Source of the DNA: Phoronis australis
Taxonomy: Eukaryota > Animalia > Phoronida
DNA: 64,000 nucleotides
Assembly: GCA_002633005.1 (NCBI GenBank)
Contig: NMRA01000218.1
Location: forward strand, 533,909 to 597,908
Direction: 5' to 3'
Of this stretch, positions 12,501 through 27,500 are shown piece after piece; positions within the stretch are counted from its first letter, which is position 1; each line of letters opens with the position of its first letter. The position numbers and the translations under genes were made by a program. The notes under the pieces were generated by a model, which worked only from the letters and a program-made list of their open reading frames with translations, made no database searches and had not been told where the DNA came from.

Positions 12501-15500
12501 AACATAAAATTTAAAAACTTTTTTAAGTAAGAGTGTCAAAGTCAGCAAAACTGTTGGCGAACTATGCATTTGTTAAGAAAAAATATTAAAAACGCAGGTT
12601 TAGGAAAAGAGTGTTAAGTCAAGCAAAACTATGACTTTCCGTTTACATGCCCCCTTTTCTGAATAAACGCCCGAGCATTTATTTGGTGTCGCTAAAACGC
12701 TTGAAAATTTTCATTTTGCGAATGCAAACCCATGGGCGTATCTATGGAAATTACCGGTAACATGAAATTACCTTCATCTGTATGGAGATGAGGGTAACAA
12801 GTGCTGAACAAGAATACTTCAGAAGCCAAATAGCATTTAGTCACCATGGAGATGGTGGAGTGGCTAGGTATTATTTCTTCTTTTGAATCGAATGCTACTT
12901 GGTGTCAACAAACAGAAAATGATTTCTTGTTTCTAGAACGCCTTGCCAATGTTATACCGATTGTTGACACTTTATCATGAGCAAATAAATCTGACTATGC
13001 AAGTTTGGTATCTCTGATTAGATAGCTTTTGGAGTGGATGTGTCCCTTGTATAGTGAGACATCTTCCTACAGGTGAAAACCCTGACACTTGCATTTGTCG
13101 TATTTGGAACAGCGTCCACACTGCGAATAGATATGTAGACAGATCACAGTAGACAGAGTCCTTTAATATCAGCAACATCGATCTAACTTCTTTTGTGTGG
13201 AGCAGGGTAATTACCGCATTAGCAATGACTTTAGAGTAGCAAAATACTGGGTGAATGTAGACTAAAACTGAGGATTTTTCGATTTGTTTGGCTTCTCAAA
13301 TGGAATTACCATGAAAAGTTACGTTGGATTAATTTTTTTGAGGGAGAAATATGATAAATAGCTAAAAATTATGTCATCGTTTTCGTTTTGTTGACCAAGA
13401 GACATAACCAAGATACATAGCTGTTTGATGACTCTGGAGTTGAAATTGGAGGGGTGGGGGGGGGGGTATTTTATTTGTAATGTTCTTGCAATCCTTCTTA
13501 TCATTCCCTCATTGTTTTTCAGCCATTTCCTGTTCCTCTTCACTGGAACAAAGCGCTTGAGGTCTACGAGTCTGCTGAAGTGTCTGCCCCTCAAGGCACC
13601 CACCTAGCTGAGCTTGATATTGACGGTTGTGTCTACCAGCTGGATGCCTTCGAAGTGCACTCGTTCACCTTTCAAGTAGAGCTAGTCATATTGGACGATA
13701 GGGAATACAGAGAACTCAGTCCATCTGGTAAGATCGGATGCTGAGGCATTTGTTTCGCGAAAAGTCATAAATTTGGTCTTTCGCTCCCCAGTCACAAAAG
13801 TGCTTTGATGTGCAAAAAGTTCAGTTCTGAGAAAGTGCAGTAGTGATACACTTGGTGATTGAACTTTTTTCTTTGAATCATTTTTATTGGCTATCGCATC
13901 AATGCTATCAGCTTTATTTCGTTGTGAACAGGCTCCAATATAGTGCTTTGAATTCGATTTTCAACAAAGATGGCGTATGCTGTTAAGTTGGTTGCTCAGC
14001 CTCCCCACATGATTATTGACAGGTGTATGTTTATATAATTTGTTTGTTAAAGCAAATTCTTTTTTCAGATGAAAGTGCGAAAAATATAACACAAATAAAC
14101 AATTAGAAACTTAAATCATTTCCCATCAGATTTACTATTCAAATGATGATCAATTTGGTAACTTTTATTGCTTTTTATTTCTTTGATTTTTCTTCTTATG
14201 TTTAAAGTTACAAGCTTAAGAAATGCTTCCATGTTCCAGAGGTACATTTGAACCATGTGTTGTGTCCTGTGTTGTGAGCAATTTGACGTTAAGCAGAAAT
14301 CTTTTTGCGTTTCTCATCTCTTATTTATATCCGAATGAAACTATATATAACGTCTAATTCATGTCGAAATTAAAAAGATCGATCACAACCGCAACCAGAC
14401 GGGTCGCATTCCATTGTTTTATGTTATAACTTTCAAAATTCCTATGTATTTTGTGCCTTTCACAGTTGTCGCCTGGTATTAGCTGTAGTTATAGTACTCT
14501 ATCATGCTCAGGGGTATGCCTGTGTTGACTTGTCACCTTGGTTCATTCATACATTCTTATGAATGCTCTATCTATCACCAGTAATAGGCTCATTACTGGC
14601 TTGTGTGATTAATGACTTTGTTTGCTTTGGCTTAGAAATAACTCCTCAACCCCAATGCTTGGGGGGGGTTGTGATAAGGTCGTAGATTCGCCAAAAACAA
14701 CTCGCTTTTCAGCCAATGTTCAACTGCATCCTAGTCTTGAAAGGTTTTAACTTTTTCCACAAATTTTCTCCTTATGTTTAATTTCCTTAATTCTGTTCGT
14801 TTCTGATTTCCATGAAAGAATATATATGCAGAAAAGGAGGAGACTACTTGACTGTTTTTGGGGGGGTTTTGGGGGAGGTGCAGGTAGGAAATGTGGACGC
14901 CCACAAGTTTAGGCTGTACACTTGGAAGAGAGTTCATTTGTTGGAAGCTTCCGTTCAAGAAGTCGTCCTTCTATTGAGTCTTGTTCTAGAAATGTCATCC
15001 TTTTGTTCCTGTAAGTCAAAATAGTAGAAAATTTATTTGAGACCAAAACTCCATAAAATATTAAATTGGATGAATATAAAAGAACGAGTTGTATAGGATG
15101 CAATAACTCTGAGAGACGAAGATCAGGTCTAAGAACAACATAATTACATGAAATAATAGATATTAAATAATTATAATCATTGTTTAGTGAGATTTAAAAC
15201 GGACAATCACCGCACAAATGAAAAAATTTGTGTTCACTCGACGTTTCGTCTCATCATCACACATCATCAGGATACATGTAATAATACAACAAGTGTCAAA
15301 TACCAGTCAAGTCACATCCATGTAGTGAAGTAAGAGTAGCAAGAGATCTATAGTAAGTAGGTCATCACCATAGTTGTAGCGTCACTGAGCTCTTTACAAG
15401 GGTTGGAATTTTCTGCGGAAACGCAGATTTCCGCTTTTTTCAAATGTTCTGTCCGTGTATTTTATTATATTTCCGCGTAAAAAAATCGGATTTGATGTAA

Positions 15501-18500
15501 AATTTCCGCGGCAAAGTCATTTCTTACCGTGGCGTTGCCGACAATTTTTACCTTGAAAAGCGGAAGTTTGTTTTTTATGTTTCGGAGGAACGTAAATTGT
15601 CAACATTGCCGGGGCATCTGGGATAGCGTGGTGGATTTTTCAATGGCGACTCGTGTGATTGTAAACCGCGGTGACAAATACTACGGTAAGACTCTGTGCA
15701 GCCAAAAATGCGTGGTGTTGGGAGTGGACGGACGAGCTAAAAAGCTAAAAAGACGCAGACGCACGGTTCTGGAGACGGTACCGTTTTTTTTTTTTAGTCC
15801 TCCCGATTTTTGTATGCAACAAAAGGTCTCGAGGCTGGGGAGTGCGCTTCGGGGTGTAAAAGTTTCCGCGTTTTCCGTCATCGGTCATTCCAAGCCCTGG
15901 ACTAAAAGTTTCCGCGTTTTTTGCCATTGGTCATTCCAAGCCCTGTCTTTAATAAGGAATTCAATCTGAAATAACACCCACACATGCATATCAGTGACGT
16001 GTCCCTATACACCTTTTATAGGCACACCCCCTTGTGGCTGTCATGCTGTGATACTTATTGATTTTTCCACCTGCTGTTGGTGGTAACTAGGTAAATTCCA
16101 CTTATTAGAAAAACTTCAGATCGGAGGGAATGTGTCATTTGCATTTCAATTTCAATTTAAATTGGATTCACAGTTACGCTCATTGGTTATTTGACAGCTG
16201 TTTAAATTTTCTTTTAAACTGTTTATTGAATTTGGATACTGTGTTATAATTTTTCTTTATTAGTGAATCAAAATTTGAAAGCGAGTTATACGTTGCCGTG
16301 TTTTAAGAAGAATAGCGACCAAATACAAGATATCGTTTATAAAAGTATGGTACAGATGCTTATAAAGTCTTGTAAAAAGTATGTCATACCACTTGAGATT
16401 AAATACTTCAGAGCAGAAAAGTTCTTTGTGTTGCAGTTTTGTTGTGCTGAGACTCTGGACTTTCAAATTATAAAGTCCACCACTGAATGTTCGGCTAAGC
16501 CATAAAATGCGTTTGTGAATGGAAACTTGGCAATATTTCCAGTGCTTGACTCCATACATAAATATTACTTGATTTTCAACATTCTGCCTCTAATGGTCGT
16601 TATTGGCCAATACTTATAGTATTTTAACAGTCTGCACATACTTTCTGTTCAGTCTACTTAGGTTCACGACTTTATGATGATTGTAGGAAACAGTTTGTTT
16701 CTTTCTGTTGAGATGTTACCGAGTGCATTTTGCAAGTATTACATTCCTTTCGGCTAGTAAGTATTCTGAGGTACTGAACAGCAGGTTAAAATATTTTAAA
16801 TATTTTAGCAAGTTCAAGTACGGAGTTAAGACATGGAACTTTTAATATTTTTTGTCACTATGCTAAAGTCAGTTATGGGTTGAATTGGTTCCCATGTTTT
16901 TATGATATAGTGTCTAGCTATAATAATTTTACTTGCACTTTTTAATTGCTGAAAATCGTTATCTCGTCTGGACAATGCAGTGTCCTTTCCGGTAAGAGCA
17001 ATGCATCTTGGTTAATGCTCTCGCGTGTACCTTTTCTTTTCCTGTGAATTATCTTTTTCTCAGAAAGTCCTAACAGGTGTCACTGATGTGGCTGTGTGAG
17101 CAATGGCTGTATACGAGGATGAAGCAGTTTGTTCATTGTTGTCTGTATGTTCGTCCAGTCCGGCCTCTGGGGCTTAAAGGAATAATCAAACCAACAGGCA
17201 GTTGAAACATTAGTTTTATACAATAAGTTGCTAACAAATCATCTGAAGTTGAAGTTAGGACCCACAGCCCATTCACTGCAGATGGAGTGGCAGCTAATTC
17301 TTGTTCTGCTACCCCAGACAAACACAATTGAAAACCACTGATTGTTTTAGAGAAGAAAAATACAAATGTGAATTCCATGGATCGGAAAGAAATGTATACG
17401 CCATTGGGAAAAAATTCTCCATAGACCCATCTGAATGGGCCTGTACAAATCCATTTCACATCAAGTTATGGAAATAATGTGGTAGGGACTAATTTCTGTT
17501 AAAATTCCCAATTTTCAAAAGCCTAAATTGTTTTGGCATTTAGTTTGATCACAGCTGTTCTACATAAGCCATGATGTCACTGAACTGAAAGTCATTTTTG
17601 TCTTGAAATTTAATAGAAGTATAAAATATCCTTGTCTACCTTGTTGAAGAATGTTTATCAACTCATAGTATAGGAAGAACTACTCAATAGTTAGGGAAGA
17701 TTTAGGGATTCTATAAATGACTTTGAGCTTTGTTTATCATGTTTCCAACTTACTTCAATGCTATTTTGTAATTATTAATAAAATTTTAGCCGATTGTTGC
17801 AGCACCTTTTTTTCTTGGAACGAGGCCAATGCTTAACAGATTGTCGGTCAATGTGAAATCTTGAACACCCCGAGGACCTGGGTTGAATATGAATCTAGAA
17901 TTCACAGCAATCTGATGAATTTTTATATCCATTACTATGGCCGCTTTATTCCCTCTGGGGAGTGTGGATAAAATGGGAGTGCTTAATATTAAGGTTAATT
18001 GTGTTGTCAATGTTCTCAGCAGGTGTCCCCGTCAATAACTTGCTAGGCCAATGCTTGTTTGCTTCAATTATTCACCAATCCTCGTCTGTTAGCATTTCAT
18101 TTCATTTAATATGTCATCAATCCTTCAATTTGAAAAGTTTCCTTGCCATTGCAATGCTGAATCAGTGCCGCCAAAATTAAAACTGCATTCCGCCATGTTT
18201 AGTTAGCTGATAAACCAAGAATATCAAATTAGACCCTCTATTCTCATAAAATGAGTCTTGTAATACGGTACTCGGCCCTCTATTCTCATAAAATCAGTCT
18301 TGAAATACCTTGCTCGTGCAGGTTACCGCCCATGGTTGGCTGATCGCCCACTCCTGAAATATTCTATTTTTCATTTTTAAGTGTCCATGCTCGTCTTACT
18401 GTTATACTGACCACCCCCAATTTTTCATGATCGAGACTTCTTTAAAAGTGTGTTTTTATGAATGTTCGTCTCGTGTTCAGTGCTGTGATAAGAATGTGTT

Positions 18501-21500
18501 TCGTTACCAACAAGAACATGGAAACCATCATCAACTCAAGGAAGCGCTTGAGAGTTTGTTGAGGTTGATCATCCCTAAAATTTTTGGATTCGAAACTGAC
18601 CATGAAGAAGTTGCCTATAACTTGAGTTGCTGGCTCATTTGGCAACGATCAAATGAGCGTTTGGTTAAGAATTCAACATTTGACAGCTAAACAGTGATGA
18701 AATACAGCGCTTTAAATGATTAAATTCAATGTTAGTTGCCTTTGGAAAACTCCAGTTAAGGTTGACGTGTCTTAACACTACTAGCGATTTAAGTTTGTGG
18801 AAAAAAGTCTTGAAATAAAACTGCCCATGCCAGCACTCCCAACTGCCTTGACTTCAAACTTTCTAATGGGAAGAGAGCCTGCATACTTGCCTCCTGCTTT
18901 CAGCTCTGCAGTATTTGTTCAATTAAGAAGTTATACCTGCAGGTGAAATTTAATCAGCATTAGAAACCATGCTGATAATGTAATGTGGCGATTAATTGGG
19001 ATTACAGGTGTGTAAGATTGGTCCAATATCCATTTTCTGATGTAATGGGGGACTTAGTGGTGCTTTATCTCTAGATGGCTCAGGGACTGAGCACTAGAAA
19101 ATAAAGCGCAACGGCATCTCCAGTTCACTCCTGTGATTCGTATGGAGATTTAGGTTTGTTGGATTTGATTGAGCTTCTTCATAAAGTCTTTGCCACCGTC
19201 ATAGTGCCAAATAGCAACTGTTTTTCCATGGCGATATTCAGATGATTTGTGGGGAATATTGCAAAATTATCTGCGTGCTGCTCAAATTACGGTGTGTCCC
19301 AGTTACCTTAGCGCGTCTTAATTGTTCTCCAAACTATACAATTTGGGTCAAGATACAGTCAATGTTATGTTCTCACAACTCTACTTATATGTCAGGTGTT
19401 AGCCGTTGTTGATTCAAGTCAAAAAACATGAGTCACTTCCCCAGATGTGCTATGTTTTTGTCACCCACTGTTTGTTAGCGGAAAATTCCCGTGCTCTCCC
19501 GCTCATTACTGAAGGAGACATGAAATGATTCTTTTGGCTCGTGCATATTCTCTTAAAGTGTACAATGAGCTATACAATTCATCTCACTAGATGGCAGTCG
19601 TGGGTAGAAAATGGTGAAAGCATTTGCATGATTAGCGCACAGTCGTACGCGTAATGTTTGATTTGAAAAAGTTGAAGATGCGGTGCGTAAAAATCTTGGT
19701 CATGGTACTTGAGTACTGGGTTTGGTCAGTCCATTCTAGACAGTAAGTCGGTCACTGCATTGTACGTCTACAACCCACTATTGTTTCATTTGAGTTCTGC
19801 ATGTGTCTGCTCATTGAGCGTTGGCTTAACGCCCACCCTCTGATTTTCTGCAATTCCTCAATAACCTTCGTGAGTACTGTAGTAAACTTCCCACAGTTTG
19901 TTTGTTGGGCATGTAGTCAATATCTTGACTTGTGACTGAGCTAGGGCAGTGATTTTCTGTTCTAGGGAGAGAGAGCCATGTCTTGCTAAGCATACTCGTC
20001 AGTGCGTCAACGCACAGACTCGGCTGACTAATTATCCACATCTATTCTTCAGTGACAGTTTTTCTGATAAATCACTGTTCAGGGCTCGGCGCATATCTTA
20101 TCGACATTTCACAAAATGCAACCTTGTAAAATAAGAAACTTACCAAAACAAGGAACCCTATTATACCATGGTGCAAAAGACCTAGTAGTCCCCTACACAA
20201 GCGATGCATAGTTTGGCAACAGTCAATGATGTGCGGGAACATCGCCAATCGCCTGAATGTTTTTTTTTAGTCAAGCAGCGTATGTTCAGTTATGTTCTCC
20301 ATAACGATCGATTTATTCCTTGGTCCCAGCACCCGCACACGCTCATGCCTCCTGCCTGAGGGTAACCAGGCGATTGGTGCACATTGTAGACCTAGGTCAT
20401 GAATGGGGACCTTCTGGTTTCTGCCAATTAATTCTGACTTTCGTCTGTTTATTTCTGCATTTTTATCAGGTCGCCAACAAAAACTGAGGTCCCTATAGCC
20501 CTGTTGCATCCCCTCAGGTATCTATTACTCAAATTCATAATCATGCTTTAATTTGTTTTCTGATCTAAAGATTGTCGTTAAGTCCACCCTTCACAAAGTA
20601 CTTAATTGTTCGAATCTGGTGCACAGGCTAAGTTGTGCAACACAAGACAAGCAATAGCCATAGACACCTTGGCAGTCTTCACAATAGGGCGCAGCACAGG
20701 TTACTCAATGATTGACACTTTTATTGTCCTGTATTTGTATTGGATGCCTCACAGTGCAGTGAGGGTATTTCACACACATTCTCTTGGTCCCATTATGGAA
20801 TGATTTGCTCAGCAGGGCATAACAATACTGAGACCTTGTGGCAGGATTCACTGAGTTCTTGTCAACTAATTGTTAGCAGGACCACTTAGATCCTGCAGTT
20901 TGAACTCAAGACCTGGCCCACCTTATCAGGAGGTATCCTAGAACCAACATATTCATAACAGACAAACTTGTGTAGGGTAACAAGTGGCTGTTTAATTTGA
21001 ATGATAAGGACTTCGATAACCACCTAACTTGACTGCATTAGGAGGATTAGCTAGACACAGGTAGGTTCATTAAGGTATGGATTATAGTTGAACTTTGAGA
21101 ACTTTCTCAATAACGGTTGGACAGGTATTTGGTTAAATTTCAATCAAGTGCGCCTGCTTGCAAGATGAGTCGTTCTTTAGATTTAAAGGGTGGTTGAATT
21201 ATGATTTGAAGCTGCGAGCCATTACTTGTAGTAGGTGGTGATTTTCAGATGGACTTGCTGTGTGTTTAGGTAAACTAACATAGATGCTGGTACAGCCATG
21301 AACATGTCAGTTAAAGGTGACCCATTTGTGTCCTGGAAGATCTTAAAATGTTAATGGCCATATGTGTCAAGGAAAGGTTTGCTATTTCCTGCCATGTGGA
21401 GATATATCTGTTCAGTATGTCTAATTTACTCTCAATACACAATACGTCCTGTTGAAGTGCTGAATAAGCATCCTTTCAGAGGTTTGTATTAAGTACGCAC

Positions 21501-24500
21501 TTTTGATTCATTCAGTTTGAAGAACTAGAATCTTTATCAAAAGGTATATGATCTGCCTTTCACAATGTTAAACAAATGCAGGTGGCCTGATGATTTTTAC
21601 AGCACACCGAACATGCTTCGGCCATTCACTGATGTCGACTTACAGATTTTTATTTCAAGTGCACTTTATAGTAATAGGCTGCATTCTCGTTATCCCTGAA
21701 AATTTTCAGGAATCTTTTTACAGTCATTTTTCCACTAATCTGTTGACAGAACGTGTTTCCACGCAATCAATTAATTTGGGCAACTTATGTTGCCCCTGTT
21801 GGCAGACTTTGAAAATGTCATTTTCTGACATGTCCAACTACTGTGAACTGATAATTAATTGGCCAAGGCTTGATTAGCGCTGCCCATGATTTGAAAATTG
21901 GCGGAAACAATTCGGTGCATATTTCAAGCAAATTTTTATTTGGAAAAAATTTTGCATTGAGACATGATTTTTTTCGGGAATCTGAGTTCTACCAAATTCC
22001 ACTGGATTAATATGGGGGGATTGTATATGACTTGTGTCGTTCGTTGATTCACATCCTGATCCTTTCGTAGTGTCGTAAAACCAGTGGTGCTGATGGCAAG
22101 CTACTGTATTGACTGGTCATTCACAAATGAGTTACGGGGTGAATTCCAATTCCTGTTAATAGGGGCGACATAAATTTCAGGTACTTATGAATGAATCATT
22201 TGGGGACTTAAGTGTGTGCATAATTAATCTGGTGTATTTCTTTCTTGGAACATTTCTGGGATATCAAAAAACATGTGAACGGCTTTAAGGTGACAGGGTG
22301 ATAATAAATTTTATACACAAAGGGTAGAGCAATATGCGACTTGTATGCCTACAGCAGTGTGGTTTTAACTGACAAGACATCGTGGAATTTTAATTAACCT
22401 TTTCTAAGTTGAGGGTACTAACAGCAAATTTATTTTTCCATACAGTAATTTTATTTTCTTGGGATTATTTCTAGCAACTACTGTAAATATTAAAATTTAT
22501 TTGCCGTTTTTCATTCTGATGCAAACAGAGTTTTACTCAATGACTTGCAATCAGGCCATCTTGTAGTGGGCGCCCCAAGCATCTCAACGAACACCCTTTA
22601 GTGCTGTCTGCACACAGCCTTACACTAGAACAAGTTACTCCTGGAACTAGCTGTGGCTAGATTTAGACGCTGTGTGGACGCCATTTAAAGCAGTGCAACT
22701 TACCCCACTTGTGACAACTTGCTCCATCTTATCGAGGTAGAGTAACGTGTTCTATGGGAACTTGCACCACTTCAAATTGCTGTGTGGCCGCAACACTTAC
22801 CTGGGGTAAGGCGGATGGAATTATCAGCTGTTGTTACATAACAACGGGTCTTCTTTTAAGCATACCGTATTCTCCTGTTAAGCATAGAACAACAACTTCC
22901 GCCTTGCGCTAGTTATCGGATGTGTGTGTGTGTGTGTGTGTGTGTGCGTGCGAGCGTGCGTGTGTGAACACTCCACTTAAGTGGGGTAGGTTGCACAAGT
23001 GCAAGTTGTTCTAGAGGGTAAGTCTGTGTGGATGGGACTTCACTCAAATTTAGACATACTAGCTGGGATGCCCTAGTCAGTATTTGGATGCCAAGTCAAG
23101 GTTGAAAGCACTGGTGTCTTAATTAATAGCAGTCGGTGGAGCTCATTGGCTTGTACAGAATGAAAAGGTATAGTTGACACATGATAACCTTTATTGTAGT
23201 CCCACGTCTCCATAGTAACATGACATGCTAACAACAATTTGAGGAAGGTTCATCAAAATGCAGTCGTTCATCTTTGGTCATAATTGCTCCAAGAAACTCA
23301 TTTTGGACACGTTATTTTTGAAATCTGGTATGCACACTTAGTTGCAATGGAAACATGAAAAATTGAAAAGCTGAATGAGTTACGGTGTTATTCACTTGTG
23401 AGCCTTGACTCAGAAGTGTGAGTTACAGTGTTATTGACTTGTGAGCCCCGACTCAGAAGTGTGTTGGCAGCCCTTCATTTCGAAAACTAGGTCAACCATG
23501 CGTTGCGTTTTTCCACCTCTACCAATGAAGAGCGATGATTTCGAGATGTGGGAATTACTAATTGATAGTTTCTTGTCATGGGAGAGACGTTCTGTTTGAG
23601 GACCAACGTAAGCTGCAGGCAAAGGTCGCCGATTTAACTAGATATTGTAATACTTCCCCAGTCCTTTCAGACAGCACTTAAAAGTCCATCCAATGTCCAA
23701 AGAGGTTATCTCATGTTGTGTGTTTAGTTTAACTTCTTGAACCTGTTGTATTTATCCATTTCGATTGCTAATGCTTGTCACAGTAGGTGTATTCCAAGTG
23801 TTTGTAAAGTGACGTCCCTATTGTTGGGAAGGTGTTGAAGACCTTCTCCAGGTCTGTAAAGACTGTGTATGTGTTTGCATACACTCACTTCAGAACGGTT
23901 TTGTGACTTTCAAAGTCCCATTAATGGCGGTTCTGAGTTATCTGCTTATAAGCTCTAAAAATCCCATACCACGGGTGTTCCTTCTGTTGCATCGGTGTAG
24001 TGGGTGGGGGAGGGGGGTTTCACACGTTTTTTCCTTTAGTCACTTCTATGTAGGAGCTCATTAGGCCCCCCTAAATCTCCCATTACCTATGCAGTGCCGT
24101 CTTTGAAGACCTTTGTTTTGGTTCATGTTTCGGTGGAACCCTTTGTTTTGATTCTTGAGTTGGCATGCCTGAATTTTACAGGATCAAATCAAATGGGATA
24201 ACGCACATTTACCACTTCTGACTTGATTTGCTCCAGTTTGAAGTTTGTGATTTCAGCTTGTCCTGATTAGTGTTATGTGGAACTTTAAAATATATGGTTC
24301 TTCCTCACGGTGACCCTACTGAACAGTTCCTTGGGGGTCGCGTTCAGTACCTCAAGAACCTCTCTAGAAAAGCAACACCTTGGAGATTATGCGAGAAGTC
24401 ACCATGTATTTTCAATGAGAGCACGTGGTTTTAGCTGTTTTTTTCTTGTCATGAGACAGCTATTGATTTCTACCCATGGTAAGGCTTATGTTTTGATGGT

Positions 24501-27500
24501 CCCACCTGAAAAGAAGGTGAAGGAAAAATGTGTACATTTACATTTTGTTAACTGTTAAATTATTGTAAAATCTTACTTATTATAGAGGAGCAATGAAATT
24601 TTATTTTCTTATTTTTGATAACATGTAAGTTGCACAAAACCATCTCTGGGTCTTCTGGTTTCAGCAAAAATGGTAATTGAGGAAATAATAATAATAATAA
24701 GAAGAAGAAAATTAGCAGTGAACAGGAGAATTAATTATTGAGAGCTTTTGTTCTTTTTTAAAAAGCCATTTTAACTTCGTAATATAGGTCAACTTAATAC
24801 CATAATATCTGTAAATCCACAATTCTATAAGTGGTTTTAATCTCTGTCAATAATGTGCTCTTTCTCAATATTATTTTCATATTTGAACACTTATCAAGAG
24901 GTTGTGTTCAAATAATGTAACATTCCAGCCCAAGTGTAGTTTCTAATACCTCGCCATAAATCTGTCAATCTGTGCATTGTTGGATCAATGAATGCCTGGC
25001 TTTATCCTTGGCATTTTCTACAGTGCAGTAATACCATCCCTGCTGTCTAGGTAGTAATCTTACCTGGCACAACTATGAAGTACTGTCCTCCATGTTTTGT
25101 AATTACACGTTTCATCCTCATGCGAGGAGACATCATTCAGGGGCCAACAGTTCACCTCTTCACCCCAGGAACTACAGAAGTCTCCTAAGGCAAAATTCCA
25201 AACATTGTATGAAATTGCTTAATGTTTCAGTATCAATCACATTCTTCATTTCTCGTAGTTCAAGTTATTTCCAGTTGCTGCGCGTATCACTATCAGTTTT
25301 TCAGTGCTTAAAAAAACTCGAAAAGAGTTCCTCTCTGTGGCATTATTGCAATCTTTTGTCTTGAAAGCAAACAAAAATCAGTCTTCAGAGCTTTGAATTT
25401 TCCTCTTTTTTGGTTTTTATTTTCTCGTATTCAGTTTCGAGTTTCCTCTTTTTACGTCTCTTTTCATCATTATTTCTACTTTATTTATGCAAAAATGTTT
25501 ATTTCAGTTAAATTTTACAAGTTAAGTAACATTTCTATTACACAAGCCTTTTTATATATGGAACGATACATCACCTAGGAAGTTTTCCTCTCTTTTGTCA
25601 TTGGTCATTCCAAGCCTCTAATGGGTTATAACCATGCTGATATTACTACTTTTAAAATTGGTTTAAAAGTATTCAGACCCAGAATTATAACCTCTAATCG
25701 CATAGCAGCTTTGGTGTGAACAGGGTATTAATCTTGTCTCTGCCTTCCTTGCTGTCCATGCTATCACCTTCATTAGCTCAGACATTGTATGTAGTTTTAC
25801 TTTGTGTAATCAACATCTATTTATTATGATATGTGGTGTGATACCACTGGCAGTTTGTTTGCTTGACATGCTGATCTTTCAGTGATAAGGTTACCTTAGA
25901 GAATCAGGTCATCTTTCACTGCAGCCAACCTCAAAGATTCCTCCATGTACTTGTTATGTCGTGTCCTGTGGTACTGTCGAAGGCTGATTCTCACTATATG
26001 GTATACTGCTGGACAGATGAAAAAATATGTTTTCTTTTAAAATTTCCTAGTATTTACTCTTGTTCATTTACTGTGGTGCTAAGTGTTTGTCAAAGCAATA
26101 TCAAAACATTGTTTGACATGACCAGGGAGTGTGATGATGAGATATGGAACTGAAAACAGCTTGGACTGAATGTGTTACTGCTGAGGTGCTTTACGTTTTG
26201 ATGTTTTGAGTTTGGATCTTTCTTGTGTGAAGATGGCTGTTAAGGACTCAGTTAATTCATAGGAATGCTTAAGTTTTATGATAACTTCCATTCTTCTTCA
26301 GTATTCTCTTCAAAGCCAGCAACCTTTTTATAAAATTCAACTGTCCATTGAGGAGCTTGATGAATTTATAACTGCATACATTAAATATAGGTGGTGCTGA
26401 TGTAGCAAGGATACCACATGATCACAGTATATACTTCTATTTTCTGTTAATTTTTCTCTCAAGTTATCAACCATTTCTTCTTCGTTTGTAATTATCTTGC
26501 TATAGTGCAAGTCTGGGAAACTGATAAGGTCTGTGTGTTAAAGTCACTACATATCATTTTAGTCATATATCCAGCACAGCACATCGTCGTTCGTTAACGA
26601 TGTCTCTTCCTAAAATTGAAAACGTGAAAGTGTCCTGGTGAACTTCCTTGTATGTAGGTGGTTACCAGTAAGCATATTGGTTCTCAGCAAAGCTGTTGAC
26701 TGTGTTAAATCGTGCGTGCACGGTAACGTTTTGAGCTGGTCATGAGAATTTCGCTCAAAATGAATCACCAGTAATTTTGCTATTTTAAGTCTTCAAAGGC
26801 TGATTACCTGTTGTAGCAAATATGGTAAATTTACCAAATGTTGCACTGTATGATGTCTATACAGTACATATCGTGCTAGTAATAAACTTAAGTTTTCTTA
26901 TTCTTTATTTTTGTTGAGAAGTTTGACGAAATAAAATTTCAATATTCCGTCATATTGTGTGCTAGAATTACCGTCCTAGAAACTGCCTCCGGATACAGAG
27001 TGGTTCCAGTGCCCTCATTTGAATTTCACGCATCAAAAAATGCACACTGTTTGCCCTTGCTACTGGTCTTTACACCTGACATCATTTGGACTCTGATTTA
27101 TATTTGCTAGAGCTGAGTGTTGCCAGACAGATGATGGACATTAAACTACAGTTTGAGTGTGGCTGTTGTGACATGCAATATACATGTAGTCAAAGGTGGG
27201 TTGAGGTTCTCAGTCTTCTCCACAATCGAATTTCCAAACCCCTTGCAATCTTTCATCCCATCTGATCTTGTTTGTGTAGCTGAGGGAAGATACATTTTTC
27301 GTATCAGAAGAATGTCTTTTGAATCTTTTTATTTCGAAGACAGATTACCGTACATGTTTTTTTTTCAGTTCTGCTGGGTCAGTAATGATGGTTGAGGGAC
27401 GTTATGAATCGGAGTGCACAGCATGTCCCAATGGGGTTTCAGGCTGATGTATAACCTCTATGATTTTGAAACTTATGTTTTATTGGCCGCTAACTCCTAC

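Noticed and set aside
9717-12530. two similar short ORFs (MKC..FI.KI..NTRPW.FIWCY) on opposite strands
   Set aside because: Translations of the two MITE copies, not a gene family.
15529-15969. 146-aa ORF
   Set aside because: Lies in a hAT-like non-autonomous element, starts with GTG and has no recognisable domain.
16975-16991. ATG mini-exon with gtaag donor (similar one ending at about 19742)
   Set aside because: Phase 2, incompatible with the phase-1 acceptor at 32547.
18234-18308. short two-copy tandem duplications (also about 23395-23463, 27592-27626, 56325-56410, 60017-60055)
   Set aside because: Ordinary slippage duplications with no further structure.
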